A stretch of 64,000 nucleotides of DNA from Planctomycetota bacterium (lineage in GTDB: Bacteria; Planctomycetota; UBA1135; UBA2386): the NCBI GenBank assembly GCA_965223545.1, contig OZ245006.1, positions 4,320,001 through 4,384,000 of the forward strand, given 5' to 3'. The notes beneath the pieces were generated by a model. The model saw only the letters and a list, made by a program, of their open reading frames with translations. It was not told where the DNA came from and ran no database searches. Positions 47,873 through 57,441 of this stretch are shown here, in pieces. Made by a program: the position numbers and the translations under genes. The number at the start of each line of letters is the position of its first letter. Positions within the stretch are counted from its first letter, which is position 1.

Positions 47873-49494
47873 CGACGGCCTCCGAAGTCTCGGTCCAGGT
47901 GTCGGACGGTCAGTGGGCATGCCGGGTCGATGCCGTGCTTGCACAGGTCGTTCTTCACGAACAAGGAGAGCTCCAGGATGCGCGACTCTTCGTCGAGTGC
48001 GACCCCGAAGTAGCCGGGCGTGCCGTTCTCGAGGTGGAACACGGCAAGACGGATGGCGCGCTTGGCTCCGCCGACCCGCAGCGGGTCGCTCAGCGCGTGG
48101 AACGCGGTGATCGCACCCCGCGACGGTAGCACGTCCTGCGCCATGAAGTCGAACATGCTGTCGCGGCCGGCTCGCCGGTCGTCATTGGCGAACAGGGCGT
48201 GGTACGCGTCGCGGTCTTCGTCGTTGAAGGCATGCGCCAGCTGGCCGACGACCTGCCAGAGGCGGTCGTCGTCCTCATCGGTTGCGATGCCTTGCTCGAT
48301 CGACTGCGGTCGGCTCTTCGTGGTGAAGTCGGATGTCGGTACCAAGTAGCGATGGCGGAACGCGCGGTCGACGCGAGTGGCGAGCGGCGCGCCGAGGTGA
48401 CCCGGCACGGTCATCAGCACGACGACTGCAGCGTCGTCGTCGGGATACAAGGAAACCTCCGCGTAGCTGCCACCCGCGGAGCCCGCATGCTTGTGCACGC
48501 GCCGGCTGGCCACGTGCTGCCGTTGCCAGCCACAGACCATCGAGTCGTCGTCATCGCCGGGCGCGTGCAGCCGCTGCATCGTCGTGGCGCGCAGCACTCC
48601 ATCGCGGCCGGCCAAGCCGGTCAAGTGCGCCTGTGCGTAGTGCACCATGTCTTCGAGAGAGGCGTGGAGGTTGCCTGCGGGTGCGACGAGTTCGAGATCG
48701 GAGTAGGCCTCGCGCGGCAGCGACGCGAACGCCCCATCACGCTCGACGTGCCCACGCGGCACATCCGGGATGCCCGTGCCCGCGTGCTGCATGCGCAAGG
48801 GCTCGAGCACCAGATCGCGGACCAGATCCTCCCACGCCAGGTCGGTGACGCACTCTGCCATGTGGCCTACAACGGTGTAACTGGCGTTCGAGTAGAGCGT
48901 CGCTGTTCCGGGTGGGACGGCGGGTTGTGTGCCCAGCACATCGCGGACGAACGCCCGCCGCTTCTCCCGTGCCCTGCCCTCGTAGGTGGTGCGCGGATGA
49001 TCGTCCGGACGACTGGTGGTGTACGAGCTCAAGCCGCCGCGATGGCGCAACAACTGCTCGACGGTGACGGGATGGTATTCGGGCCGGATCCCGTCGGAAC
49101 CGAGCACGGCGGCCACGGTCGTTTTCCAATCGAGCTCTCCCCGCTCCACCAGTCGGCCGATGACCAGGGCGGTGAACGACTTCGTCACCGAACCCAGGTG
49201 GACCGGGTCGCGGGTGTCGAAGGTGGTGTCGGAGCCTACGGAGTGCAGGCCGGTCGCTGCCATGTCGAGGACTTCATCTCCGCGCACGTAGGCGGCGGCA
49301 ATCGCCGGAACACCGGCACGTTCGTGGATTGCCGTGAGGAGGTCGTTGAGGGAGGCGTGTGCGCCGATGGCGCCCACCGCGGAAACTCGGTCGGCCACGC
49401 TGCGCGGGGCCTCGGCCTGTGGTGTGCTGGCGTAGGCGGGAGGCAGCGGGCATCCGAGCGGCAGCAAACAAGCAATGAGTGTGCGTCGATTCAT
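47869..49494 (-). CDS. Beta-lactamase-family (class C/AmpH-like) serine hydrolase with an extra C-terminal domain
   Basis: GSVTK (SxxK), LLRHRGG, YSN, PAGNL, HAGS; signal peptide. Confidence 0.88.
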   Translation of the reverse strand: MNRRTLIACLLPLGCPLPPAYASTPQAEAPRSVADRVSAVGAIGAHASLNDLLTAIHERAGVPAIAAAYVRGDEVLDMAATGLHSVGSDTTFDTRDPVHLGSVTKSFTALVIGRLVERGELDWKTTVAAVLGSDGIRPEYHPVTVEQLLRHRGGLSSYTTSRPDDHPRTTYEGRAREKRRAFVRDVLGTQPAVPPGTATLYSNASYTVVGHMAECVTDLAWEDLVRDLVLEPLRMQHAGTGIPDVPRGHVERDGAFASLPREAYSDLELVAPAGNLHASLEDMVHYAQAHLTGLAGRDGVLRATTMQRLHAPGDDDDSMVCGWQRQHVASRRVHKHAGSAGGSYAEVSLYPDDDAAVVVLMTVPGHLGAPLATRVDRAFRHRYLVPTSDFTTKSRPQSIEQGIATDEDDDRLWQVVGQLAHAFNDEDRDAYHALFANDDRRAGRDSMFDFMAQDVLPSRGAITAFHALSDPLRVGGAKRAIRLAVFHLENGTPGYFGVALDEESRILELSLFVKNDLCKHGIDPACPLTVRHLDRDFGGRR

Positions 49495-49541
49495 GCTGCG
49501 CACCCTACGAAAGGCTGCGTTGCTGCCTTGTCAAGCCGAGG

Positions 49542-50249
49542 TTAAGTCCGCCAATCCGGTACCCCTTCGAGGACGAACTTGTACCCCACTCCGCGGATCG
49601 TGCGCAGGTACGTGGGGCGCTTGCGATCGGGTTCGAGCTTCTCGCGCAGCCAAGCGACGTGGACGTCGACGGTTCTCGTGCGCGGTGTCATCGGATAGCC
49701 CCACACGTCACGCAGGATGCGATCGCGCGACAGCGCGACGCCGGCGTGATCCAGAAAGTACAAGAGGAGCTGGAGCTCCATCGCCGCGAGCTCGACTTCG
49801 CGGCCGCGACGCAAAACGACCAGGCCACGGCGATCGACTTCCACGTCGCCAAAGCGCACGGTTGGTGTCGGGTCCGAGGGTGTCGTGCGGCGGAGCAGTG
49901 CTTCGATGCGCGCCAGGAGTTCGCCCGGATCGAACGGCTTGACGAGGTAGTCGTCGGCGCCCAAGTGCAGGCCGGCGATGCGGTCCTCGACCGTGCCGCG
50001 CGCGGTGAGCATGAGGATCGGGGCGCGCACGCCACGCGCACGCAACCGCCGACAGACTTCGAACCCGTCCATCTGTGGCAGCATCACGTCGAGCAGGATC
50101 AGGGCATGGGTACCGTCGAGCGCGTGGTTCAAACCGGTTTCCCCGGTGGTCGCCGCCTCGACGATGAAGCCTTCGCGCTGTAGGCGGTCTTCGAGTGTGA
50201 GCACCAGGCCGGGCTCGTCCTCGACCAAGAGGATCTTGCCACGGCTCAC
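49542..50249 (-). CDS. OmpR/PhoB-family response regulator
   Basis: ILLVEDE, LLDVMLP, MLTA, GADDYLVKPF, RTVDVHVAWLREKLE, TIRGVGYKF. Confidence 0.95.
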   Translation of the reverse strand: MSRGKILLVEDEPGLVLTLEDRLQREGFIVEAATTGETGLNHALDGTHALILLDVMLPQMDGFEVCRRLRARGVRAPILMLTARGTVEDRIAGLHLGADDYLVKPFDPGELLARIEALLRRTTPSDPTPTVRFGDVEVDRRGLVVLRRGREVELAAMELQLLLYFLDHAGVALSRDRILRDVWGYPMTPRTRTVDVHVAWLREKLEPDRKRPTYLRTIRGVGYKFVLEGVPDWRT

Positions 50250-51736
50250 GCCGGCTCCCGGAGTGGCAGGCTAAGTACGAAGGCGATGCGCCGCTGTTCG
50301 GGATCTTGCTCGAGCCGTAGCGTGCCACCATGCGCCATTGCGATGCGCGCTGCCACGGTCAGCCCGATCCCGTGGCCGCCGGTGCCGCTGGCCCGCGCGC
50401 GGGATGCGCGGAAGAACGGATCGAACACCCGTGCGGCGTCGCGCGGAGAGATCGGCTCTCCCTGGTTGGCGACGACGACGGCGACCTGTCCGGCTTCCTG
50501 GCGCGTGTGGATTCGGATCGTCGCACCGTCGTCGCCGTACTTCACCGCGTTCTCGATCAGGTTGTGGAGGGCCGACACCAGAGCGGCGGCGTCGCCGATC
50601 ACGGTTCTCGGCGGGGCCTCGACCTGCGACTCGATGATGAACGACCGTTGCTCGCGCCAGGGCTCGCATTGCCGTGTCGCTTCGGCCAGGCATGCCGCGA
50701 GGTCGACCGGAGCGTAGTCGGCGCGGGCCGACTCGGGACCCGACAGACGGAGCGCGCGGTCGACGAGGGTGTTCAGCCGCGCGACGGCGCCTTCGATCAG
50801 CCTGCCGTACTCGCCGATGCGCGCTGACCCGGTGATGGCGCCACACGCCAGGTTGGACGCTGCCATCCGGGCCACTGCCAATGGCGTGCGCAGCTCGTGC
50901 GAGATCCCGGCGAGGAACTGCAGCTGGTTCTCCGCCAGGCGCCGGGCTCGGTGCTCGGCGATCCAGAACAACGCCAACCCGACGAGCAGCAGCAGGAGGA
51001 GGCTGCCCCACAGCAGCATGTTGCGCGTCCGCGCAGCTGCCCACGCGTCGTCCAACGACGTGCCCCGTCGGTGCACGGCAACCCGAAGGACGTCGCCGGC
51101 CGGCATCGGCGCTGACGAGCTGGCCCTGGGTGTGCCGACGAACAACGGCTGCCCTTCGCCGACCCAGGTCCCTCCGCCCAGGTCGCCGACCACGTGCAGC
51201 GGCAACAAAGCGATGTCGTGGGCTGCCGCCGGAGGCGGCGAGGGTGGGGAGTCTCGTGGATGAGAATCGAACCATGGCGCTGCGCCGTCTGCGAGCGAAG
51301 TGACGCGTACCCGGTACTCCGTTTCCCCACCGCTCCCCAGCACGACGCTCACTTCTGGACCGAGGTCCGCGCGGAGGCGGTCCGGATCGATCACCACCCT
51401 CCACCGCTGTTGGCCGACCGTGAACGACGGTGTGTCGAGCCGCGCCGCTGCACCATCGCGCCAGATCCCTCGCACCCACGGGATCGTCGTGACGTCGCAC
51501 TCGTCGCCGTTCTCCAGAACCGCGCGGGCGATCGTCGCGAGGACGGAGGTCATCTCTGCGCCCAAGCTGCGCGCGGCGAGCTCGAGCGTTCGACGTTCGT
51601 CGTCGCGCTGCGCGCGCGCCAGCTCATCGAGCCAATGCGTCTGCAACACCAACAGCCCGGCCGCGGCCGTCGGGAGCAGCGCGCCCAAGAGCCAAGTCCA
51701 CCACCTGCCGATCCACCGACGTCGCGGTGTGTGCAC
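50246..51736 (-). CDS. Membrane sensor histidine kinase
   Basis: Two TM helices; ISHELRTPL; NLIENAVKY; FDPFFR; GHGIGL. Confidence 0.92.
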   Translation of the reverse strand: MHTPRRRWIGRWWTWLLGALLPTAAAGLLVLQTHWLDELARAQRDDERRTLELAARSLGAEMTSVLATIARAVLENGDECDVTTIPWVRGIWRDGAAARLDTPSFTVGQQRWRVVIDPDRLRADLGPEVSVVLGSGGETEYRVRVTSLADGAAPWFDSHPRDSPPSPPPAAAHDIALLPLHVVGDLGGGTWVGEGQPLFVGTPRASSSAPMPAGDVLRVAVHRRGTSLDDAWAAARTRNMLLWGSLLLLLLVGLALFWIAEHRARRLAENQLQFLAGISHELRTPLAVARMAASNLACGAITGSARIGEYGRLIEGAVARLNTLVDRALRLSGPESARADYAPVDLAACLAEATRQCEPWREQRSFIIESQVEAPPRTVIGDAAALVSALHNLIENAVKYGDDGATIRIHTRQEAGQVAVVVANQGEPISPRDAARVFDPFFRASRARASGTGGHGIGLTVAARIAMAHGGTLRLEQDPEQRRIAFVLSLPLREPA

Positions 51737-51820
51737 AGCCCGAAAATAGCGCCGGCGCCGCCGCCAACTGGCTCGGTGGGAGACCTTACCGCGATTTAAC
51801 ACAACGACGCGACTGCTGAG

Positions 51821-51882
51821 AGTACGGAGCCAGGCTCCGAACCTTCACCTCGTGGTGACGAATAGGAGCCTGGCTCCGTACT
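51821..51882. repeat. REPIN-like element: two inverted 18-bp REP-like units (AGTACGGAGCCAGGCTCC) around a 26-bp spacer
   Basis: 51821-51838 is the exact reverse complement of 51865-51882; each unit is itself palindromic (GGAGCC-N-GGCTCC); the spacer holds TCACC/GGTGA. Confidence 0.88.
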
Positions 51883-53221
51883 ATCGCAGGGCGTGCCAGA
51901 GGGTGCGGAGGGGGGCGCCGGTGGCGCCGTAGCCGCAGCCGGGTGCTTCGGCCCAGTTCCATCCCGACGCGAAGATGTCGAAGTGGATCAGGGGTGTGTC
52001 GGTGAAATGGCGGAAGAAGTGCGCGGCGTTGCGCGAGCCTGCGGCGCGGGCGGCGTGGCCGCCGAGTCCGGCCGTGTTGCGCAGGTCGGCTTCCTTGTCG
52101 CGGTTGGCTTCGTAGTGCCAGACCCGCGGTTCGAAGAAGTGCAGGTCCTCGCCGGTCGCCGCCGAGGCGTCGCGCAGGCGTGCTTGCCACGCGGCGTCGG
52201 CGAAGTGCACCGGGGTGGCGTAGGGGCCGTAGGACACGAGCGCGGACGTCGTCAGGGTCGCGAAGCAGAGCACGGTGTGCGGTGCGTGCTGATCGACGGC
52301 GTAGGCCAGGCCGTCGGCCAGCACCAAGCGGCCTTCGGCGTCGGTGTGGTCGACGCGCACGGTCTTGCCGCGGTAGCTGGTCACGACCTCGCCAGGACGC
52401 ATCGACTGCGCGTCGACTGCGTTCTCGCAGGTCGGCAGCACGACGAGCAATGGCTCGGGGTGGTCGTTCTCCACCAGGCCCCGAAACAAGCTCCACGCCA
52501 GGGCCGCGCCTGCCATGTCGTTCTTCATCATCGAGACGAACGACTCGTAGGGCTTGATGTTGATGCCGCCGGTGTCGAAGGTGATGCCCTTGCCGAGCAG
52601 CATCAGCGGCGGTCGTTCGTCGGGCGTGTACTCGACGATGACGAGCCGCGGCGGAGATGCGGTCGCCGCGCGGCCCACGGCCAGCAGGAGATTGAGCCCG
52701 CGTTCGCGGAGAAGCGCCTCGTCCAGTACGCGCGCCGTGCAGTTCGGTCGGTTTGCCGCCCACGCCAGCACCTCGTCGGCAATCGCCACCGAAGTGCGCT
52801 CCGATGGGTCTTCGTTGACCCAGCTGCGGTAGAGGTCCTCGAGACCCCCGATCTGCTCGAGCTCCGCGCCCAGCGCGCGCGGCGTCGCCAGCTGCACGTG
52901 GCCGCGGGTGGCGTTGTGCAGATCCAGCGCGATGCTCAGCAAGGCGTCATCGTCGACGGTGTCGCTGGCGTGGAGCGCGACGCGGTCGAAGGCCAACAGG
53001 CCCGCGGTCTTGCGCCGCAGCTGGTCGGTGATCCAGCGCTGTTCGGCCAACGACACGGCCGGCAACGTCAGGTGGACGGCTGGCTCGCCCGTGGCGGTGT
53101 GCAGGGTCGCGCGGGCGCCCTCGATCGCGCGCAGTGGCTGGCCGGGACCCAGCTCTGCCGGCGCGGGCTCGACGCTGCCGGCGGCGCCGACGTGCAAGTG
53201 GAGGGAGAGCGTAGTGGGCAT
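51881..53221 (-). CDS. M17 leucyl aminopeptidase family protein
   Basis: GKGITFDTGG, MKNDMAGAA, CEN, HTDAEGRLVLAD, ATLT. Confidence 0.9.
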   Translation of the reverse strand: MPTTLSLHLHVGAAGSVEPAPAELGPGQPLRAIEGARATLHTATGEPAVHLTLPAVSLAEQRWITDQLRRKTAGLLAFDRVALHASDTVDDDALLSIALDLHNATRGHVQLATPRALGAELEQIGGLEDLYRSWVNEDPSERTSVAIADEVLAWAANRPNCTARVLDEALLRERGLNLLLAVGRAATASPPRLVIVEYTPDERPPLMLLGKGITFDTGGINIKPYESFVSMMKNDMAGAALAWSLFRGLVENDHPEPLLVVLPTCENAVDAQSMRPGEVVTSYRGKTVRVDHTDAEGRLVLADGLAYAVDQHAPHTVLCFATLTTSALVSYGPYATPVHFADAAWQARLRDASAATGEDLHFFEPRVWHYEANRDKEADLRNTAGLGGHAARAAGSRNAAHFFRHFTDTPLIHFDIFASGWNWAEAPGCGYGATGAPLRTLWHALR

Positions 53222-53248
53222 GGGCTGGTGCCGGCACGCGGACGCCGG

Positions 53249-55234
53249 CTACTCCTTCGGGATGCGCAGCAGGGTGTAGAACGCCTCTTTCGTGATCGGC
53301 TTCCGCCCAGTCGCCGACCGGACCGTGCCGAGGAACGTGATGTGGAAGACCTTGCCGGTCTCCCGCTCCCCGGTGTGCAGTTCGACGGTGCGCCGGTCGT
53401 CGCCGACGACGACGCGTTCGATCTCGATGGTGCGACTGTCGAACTCGTCGGAACCATACGTGCTCCAGTACCGATAGCCGTACTCGCGGACGCGCACCGC
53501 GGCGGGCGACAGCGGGACGTCGGCGGCGAGCGGCTCGGTGAAGTGCACGCTGAAGCCCTCCGCCGTCGCGCGCACCTCGTGCAGGTCGAACGGCGCGCCG
53601 CCGGTATAGCGCAGCCGCTGCAAACCGTGTGGCTGGCTGGCGACGCTGCCCCAGCCGCGGTTGGTGAAGCCGACGTAGAGCACGCCGTCGGAGTCGAACG
53701 CCAGTCGGTTGACGCCGCCGGCGAACCCCTGCCAAAACGGGTAGCAGGCGCCCTGGTAGACGCCGTCGACGACCTGCAGCGTGGTGCGCACCAGCAGCGA
53801 GTTGTTCTGGTCGCCGACGAAGATCTGACCGGAATACGGGCCGAAGGCACCCCCGGTGTCGTCGACGACCGGCTCCGACACGGAGCGGACCAGATGGTAG
53901 GGGTACCACACCGCCGGCAGCGTGCGCTCGGTCTCCCAGCCGAAGTCCGTCATCTTCTCGGCCCACTGCACCGGGACGACGTGGCCGTAGAACTTGTTGG
54001 GCTGCAAGTGCGCCAGCCGGCACACGTCCATCCACTCGCCCTGATTGTCGGTGTAGAACACGTCGCCCGCGTACGTCATCACCCCGTTGGGCGAGCGCAG
54101 GCCGTAGGACGTGATGTGGAACCCGCCGTCCGCCGTCCATCGATACGCCGAGCCCCGGTACAAGCGGTCGTCGCCATCGCCGGACGGAAAGCCGATGTTG
54201 AGCGTGCCCCACAGATCGCCGTTGCCGTCGCGCACCGGTCCGAAGTGGTACTCGTGGTAGTTGCCGGACATCCCCCACGGCGCCGTCAATGTCGAATACT
54301 CATCGGCCCGCCCGTCGCCGTCGGTGTCGCGCAGGCGCGTGAGCTCGGGCTTCTGCGCCACCAGCAGGCTGCCGTCCTCGTCGAACAGCATGCCCAGCGG
54401 CTCGTGCAGGCCCTCGGCGAACGTCGTGATGCGCAGCGCCTCGGCGGTCTCCGCGCCCGGGTTGTGGATCTCGTAGATCTGACCGCGCCGGCAGCACACC
54501 AGCAGGCTGCCGCGTTCGGTGAAGAGCAGGCCGCCGACCTCGAGCCGGAGCGCATCGGGCACTGGCACGTCTTCCAGTGAGTAGGCCGTCTGGTCGTCGT
54601 CCGGCGTGCCGGCGCCCCAGCGGTTGCCGGCATCGAGCTGATCGGAGATCTCGAAGGCGAAGCCCATTGCGCCGCGTCGGTTGACGACCTTGAACAGCAC
54701 CAGGTTGTCGCCCTTCTTCAGCTTGGCGGTGACGCGGTGTTGCCCGACGCTGACCGCTTGGTCGGCGGCGACCCGCAGCAGCTCTTCGCCGTTGACCCAC
54801 AGCGCGGCGGAGTCGTCGAAACCGACTGCCAACACCGCTTCGTGGTCGGCCGTCGCGGTGATGGTGCGCGCGAGGTAGACCGTGTCCCAATTGCCGGCGC
54901 CGGTCCAGCCCAGCAGATTGACCTTGCCGTCCGGCATCGGCTCGTCTTCCGGCGCACTGCGCCACCCGGCACCATCCTCGTCACCGGCAGCACCGCCGGT
55001 CGGCTGCAATGCGTCGAGACTGCGCGCGCCTTCGGCGACGAAGGCGTGGGCCAGGCCGGTCAGGACCTCGCCGTCGCCACCGCCGGCAAACGGGCCCCGC
55101 ACCAACCAGGGCGACAGGCGGTTGGCGGCGAGGATCTCGAAGATCTCGGGGTCTTGGCCGCGCGGTGCGCCGGCGACCGTCGCCGCCAGCGCGGCGGTGA
55201 GTGCGACTCGAAGGGAGCGATGGGGATGATGCAT
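53249..55234 (-). CDS. Secreted PA14-like domain + beta-propeller (sorbosone dehydrogenase-like, PVC type) protein
   Basis: GFDDSAALWVNG...LKKGDNLVLFKV; FAEGLHEPLG, LRDTDGDGRAD, GNYHEYHFG, GLRSPNG, TDNQGEW; TGATG coupling to the cytochrome gene. Confidence 0.78.
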   Translation of the reverse strand: MHHPHRSLRVALTAALAATVAGAPRGQDPEIFEILAANRLSPWLVRGPFAGGGDGEVLTGLAHAFVAEGARSLDALQPTGGAAGDEDGAGWRSAPEDEPMPDGKVNLLGWTGAGNWDTVYLARTITATADHEAVLAVGFDDSAALWVNGEELLRVAADQAVSVGQHRVTAKLKKGDNLVLFKVVNRRGAMGFAFEISDQLDAGNRWGAGTPDDDQTAYSLEDVPVPDALRLEVGGLLFTERGSLLVCCRRGQIYEIHNPGAETAEALRITTFAEGLHEPLGMLFDEDGSLLVAQKPELTRLRDTDGDGRADEYSTLTAPWGMSGNYHEYHFGPVRDGNGDLWGTLNIGFPSGDGDDRLYRGSAYRWTADGGFHITSYGLRSPNGVMTYAGDVFYTDNQGEWMDVCRLAHLQPNKFYGHVVPVQWAEKMTDFGWETERTLPAVWYPYHLVRSVSEPVVDDTGGAFGPYSGQIFVGDQNNSLLVRTTLQVVDGVYQGACYPFWQGFAGGVNRLAFDSDGVLYVGFTNRGWGSVASQPHGLQRLRYTGGAPFDLHEVRATAEGFSVHFTEPLAADVPLSPAAVRVREYGYRYWSTYGSDEFDSRTIEIERVVVGDDRRTVELHTGERETGKVFHITFLGTVRSATGRKPITKEAFYTLLRIPKE

Positions 55235-57441
55235 CAGGGGCGCCAGTCGAGACAGTGCTGCAAAGCGTCCGCACTGCCCGCCGTGGGAAACCACAGCACC
55301 GCGGCAGCAGTGCCGCGCGCGTCCACCGGCAGGGTGACGGTTGGCTCGGTGGTCAGGGTGGCGGCGCTGGCGTAGCCAAGGGTGTCGTCGCTCGCCCCCC
55401 GAAGGCGCACCAGGACACGCTCGGCGGAACGATGCACCTGCGCTCCTGGATGCGCATCGGCGAGGGCCACGGCCAGCGGCTGCGGCCCCGACCAGCTCAC
55501 CTGCAAGTGGAGGCCGTTGGCACTCGCGCACTGCACGGCATCGACCCGCAGGCTGAGCTCGCCGCCGTCGACGCCGAAGCGCAGCACGGCGTGGTCGTCG
55601 GCGAGCCGATAGCCGGCGAACCGCGCGTCGAGCACCGCGCCATCGCGCCGCAGCATTCCGTCCGCAGCGCCGCGCAGCAGGATCTCCCCGACCAGGGCGG
55701 CGGGGCCGTTGCCGCGGCCGGTCCACTTGGCTCGCATGTCGAGGAAGCCGCCTTCCCACGCATAGCCCAGCCGCGGCGTGGCGACGTCGATCGCCACCGA
55801 CAGGCCGGCCGGGAAGCCGAGCGCCAGCGATCGCGGCGGCAGATCCGGCAGGATCGTGCGCCACAGGAGCAGGCGATCGGCGGGCTCGAGGACGACGTCC
55901 GCCGGTGGTGCGAGGCCCAGCGGCGGCCGCATGCGGTCCCCCTGCGAGAGGTAGGCGACCAGCGCGTTCAGCTGCGCGTCGACGTTGCCGTCGAGCACGT
56001 GTGGCGCCGCGCTGCGACCACCGGCGAAGTAGCTCGGCATGCGCGTGCCGGGTTGCACCTCCATCGGACTCGTCAGCCACTGCCGCAGCCACTCCGGTTG
56101 CAGTCGACGATGCACCAGGGTGAGGTCGGGGGCTCGCGTCCCGTTCGCCGGGCGGCCGGCGAAGTCGTGGCAGATGATGCAGGCGAACCCACCGGTGCCG
56201 ACCAGCGTGCGGCCGTGCTCGAGGTCCTCGACCCGGTCGTCGCGCGCGGATGGCGGCGGCGCCCCTGGCACCAGCAGTTCCGCCAGGTCGCGCGTCAACT
56301 CCGGGCTGTAGTGCGGCATGCGCAGCGCCATGTAGGGGCGCGCGCGGGCGCGGTCGGTGAGCACGGCGTCGACCCATCCGAGTCGTAGCCGCTGGTCGAT
56401 CGCGGTCAATGCCGGTGGGTCGATGTGATCGCGGGCGTCGGCGTCGACCGCTGCGTGGTACTCCCCCAACACGCCGGCGGGCATCCCGCCGATGTCGTCC
56501 TTGGCATGGCACGACAGGCAGCGGAGCTGGGTCATGCGCCGCTCCAGCACGGCGGCGCGGGCCTCGCGCGCGAGGGGCGCCGCCAAGAAGGTCGAGAGCG
56601 CGGTCCGGTCGCCGGCCGACAGCCGATAGCGCGGCAGGCCGGGAGCCGGCGATTCGTCGAGGCAGCCACCGCTGCGCCCGGCGAGCTCACCGAGCGGGGG
56701 CGGCGGAGCCGGAGTCGGGCCGGGACCCTCCCCGTCGTCATCGGCCTCGGCCGCCGGCAGCTCGTGGCACGCGGCGCAGCGGTAGCTGCGCGCCAGCTGG
56801 CGCCCGCGCTCGGCGTCCCCGTTGGCCTCCGCCGGCGCCCGCGGCTCGGTGCACAGCATCGCGGCGAGCGCTTCGGCGTCGGAGCGCGACAGCGCCATGT
56901 CCGGCATCAGTCCGCGTGGATGCACCGCCAGCGGATTGGTCAGATAGTCGGCCAGCGCGTGCGGGGACGTCTTGGCCGCCAGGTCACCGAGGAGGTGACG
57001 ATCGTCGGTTGCGTCTCCGGGCCGGCGGTGGCAGGCGATGCAACCGCGCGTGGCGAACAGCGCGGTGCCGGAATCGTTGTGCGACGGCACGCGCCGGTAC
57101 TCGAACGCGCCGCCGAGGGTGGCCAAGTAGGCGGCGAGATCGCGCGCCTCGGTCTCGCCGGCATCGCCGGCCGGCAACAGCGCGGGCATGCGCGCTTGCG
57201 CGTGCACGCCCTCGGGGTCGCGCAACCACTGCTCGGTCCAGCCCGGGTGCAGGCGGGTGCCGGCGCGGCGCAGGTCGGGGCCGCGCGGGCTCTGCAGCGT
57301 CAGCGGGCCCTCGTACCCCTCGCTGTGGCAGTGCGCGCAACCGTGATTGATGAACAAGGTGCGGCCGCGCACCAGATCGTCCTGCGCCGGCAGCCCCGCC
57401 GCCGCGGCGGCGAGCGCGGCGATGCGTCCGAGGCGCCGCAT
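55234..57441 (-). CDS. Secreted pentaheme c-type cytochrome
   Basis: Five CxxCH motifs (CAHCH, CIACH, CAACH, CLSCH, CIICH) and several distal MP motifs; signal peptide. Confidence 0.88.
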   Translation of the reverse strand: MRRLGRIAALAAAAAGLPAQDDLVRGRTLFINHGCAHCHSEGYEGPLTLQSPRGPDLRRAGTRLHPGWTEQWLRDPEGVHAQARMPALLPAGDAGETEARDLAAYLATLGGAFEYRRVPSHNDSGTALFATRGCIACHRRPGDATDDRHLLGDLAAKTSPHALADYLTNPLAVHPRGLMPDMALSRSDAEALAAMLCTEPRAPAEANGDAERGRQLARSYRCAACHELPAAEADDDGEGPGPTPAPPPPLGELAGRSGGCLDESPAPGLPRYRLSAGDRTALSTFLAAPLAREARAAVLERRMTQLRCLSCHAKDDIGGMPAGVLGEYHAAVDADARDHIDPPALTAIDQRLRLGWVDAVLTDRARARPYMALRMPHYSPELTRDLAELLVPGAPPPSARDDRVEDLEHGRTLVGTGGFACIICHDFAGRPANGTRAPDLTLVHRRLQPEWLRQWLTSPMEVQPGTRMPSYFAGGRSAAPHVLDGNVDAQLNALVAYLSQGDRMRPPLGLAPPADVVLEPADRLLLWRTILPDLPPRSLALGFPAGLSVAIDVATPRLGYAWEGGFLDMRAKWTGRGNGPAALVGEILLRGAADGMLRRDGAVLDARFAGYRLADDHAVLRFGVDGGELSLRVDAVQCASANGLHLQVSWSGPQPLAVALADAHPGAQVHRSAERVLVRLRGASDDTLGYASAATLTTEPTVTLPVDARGTAAAVLWFPTAGSADALQHCLDWRP

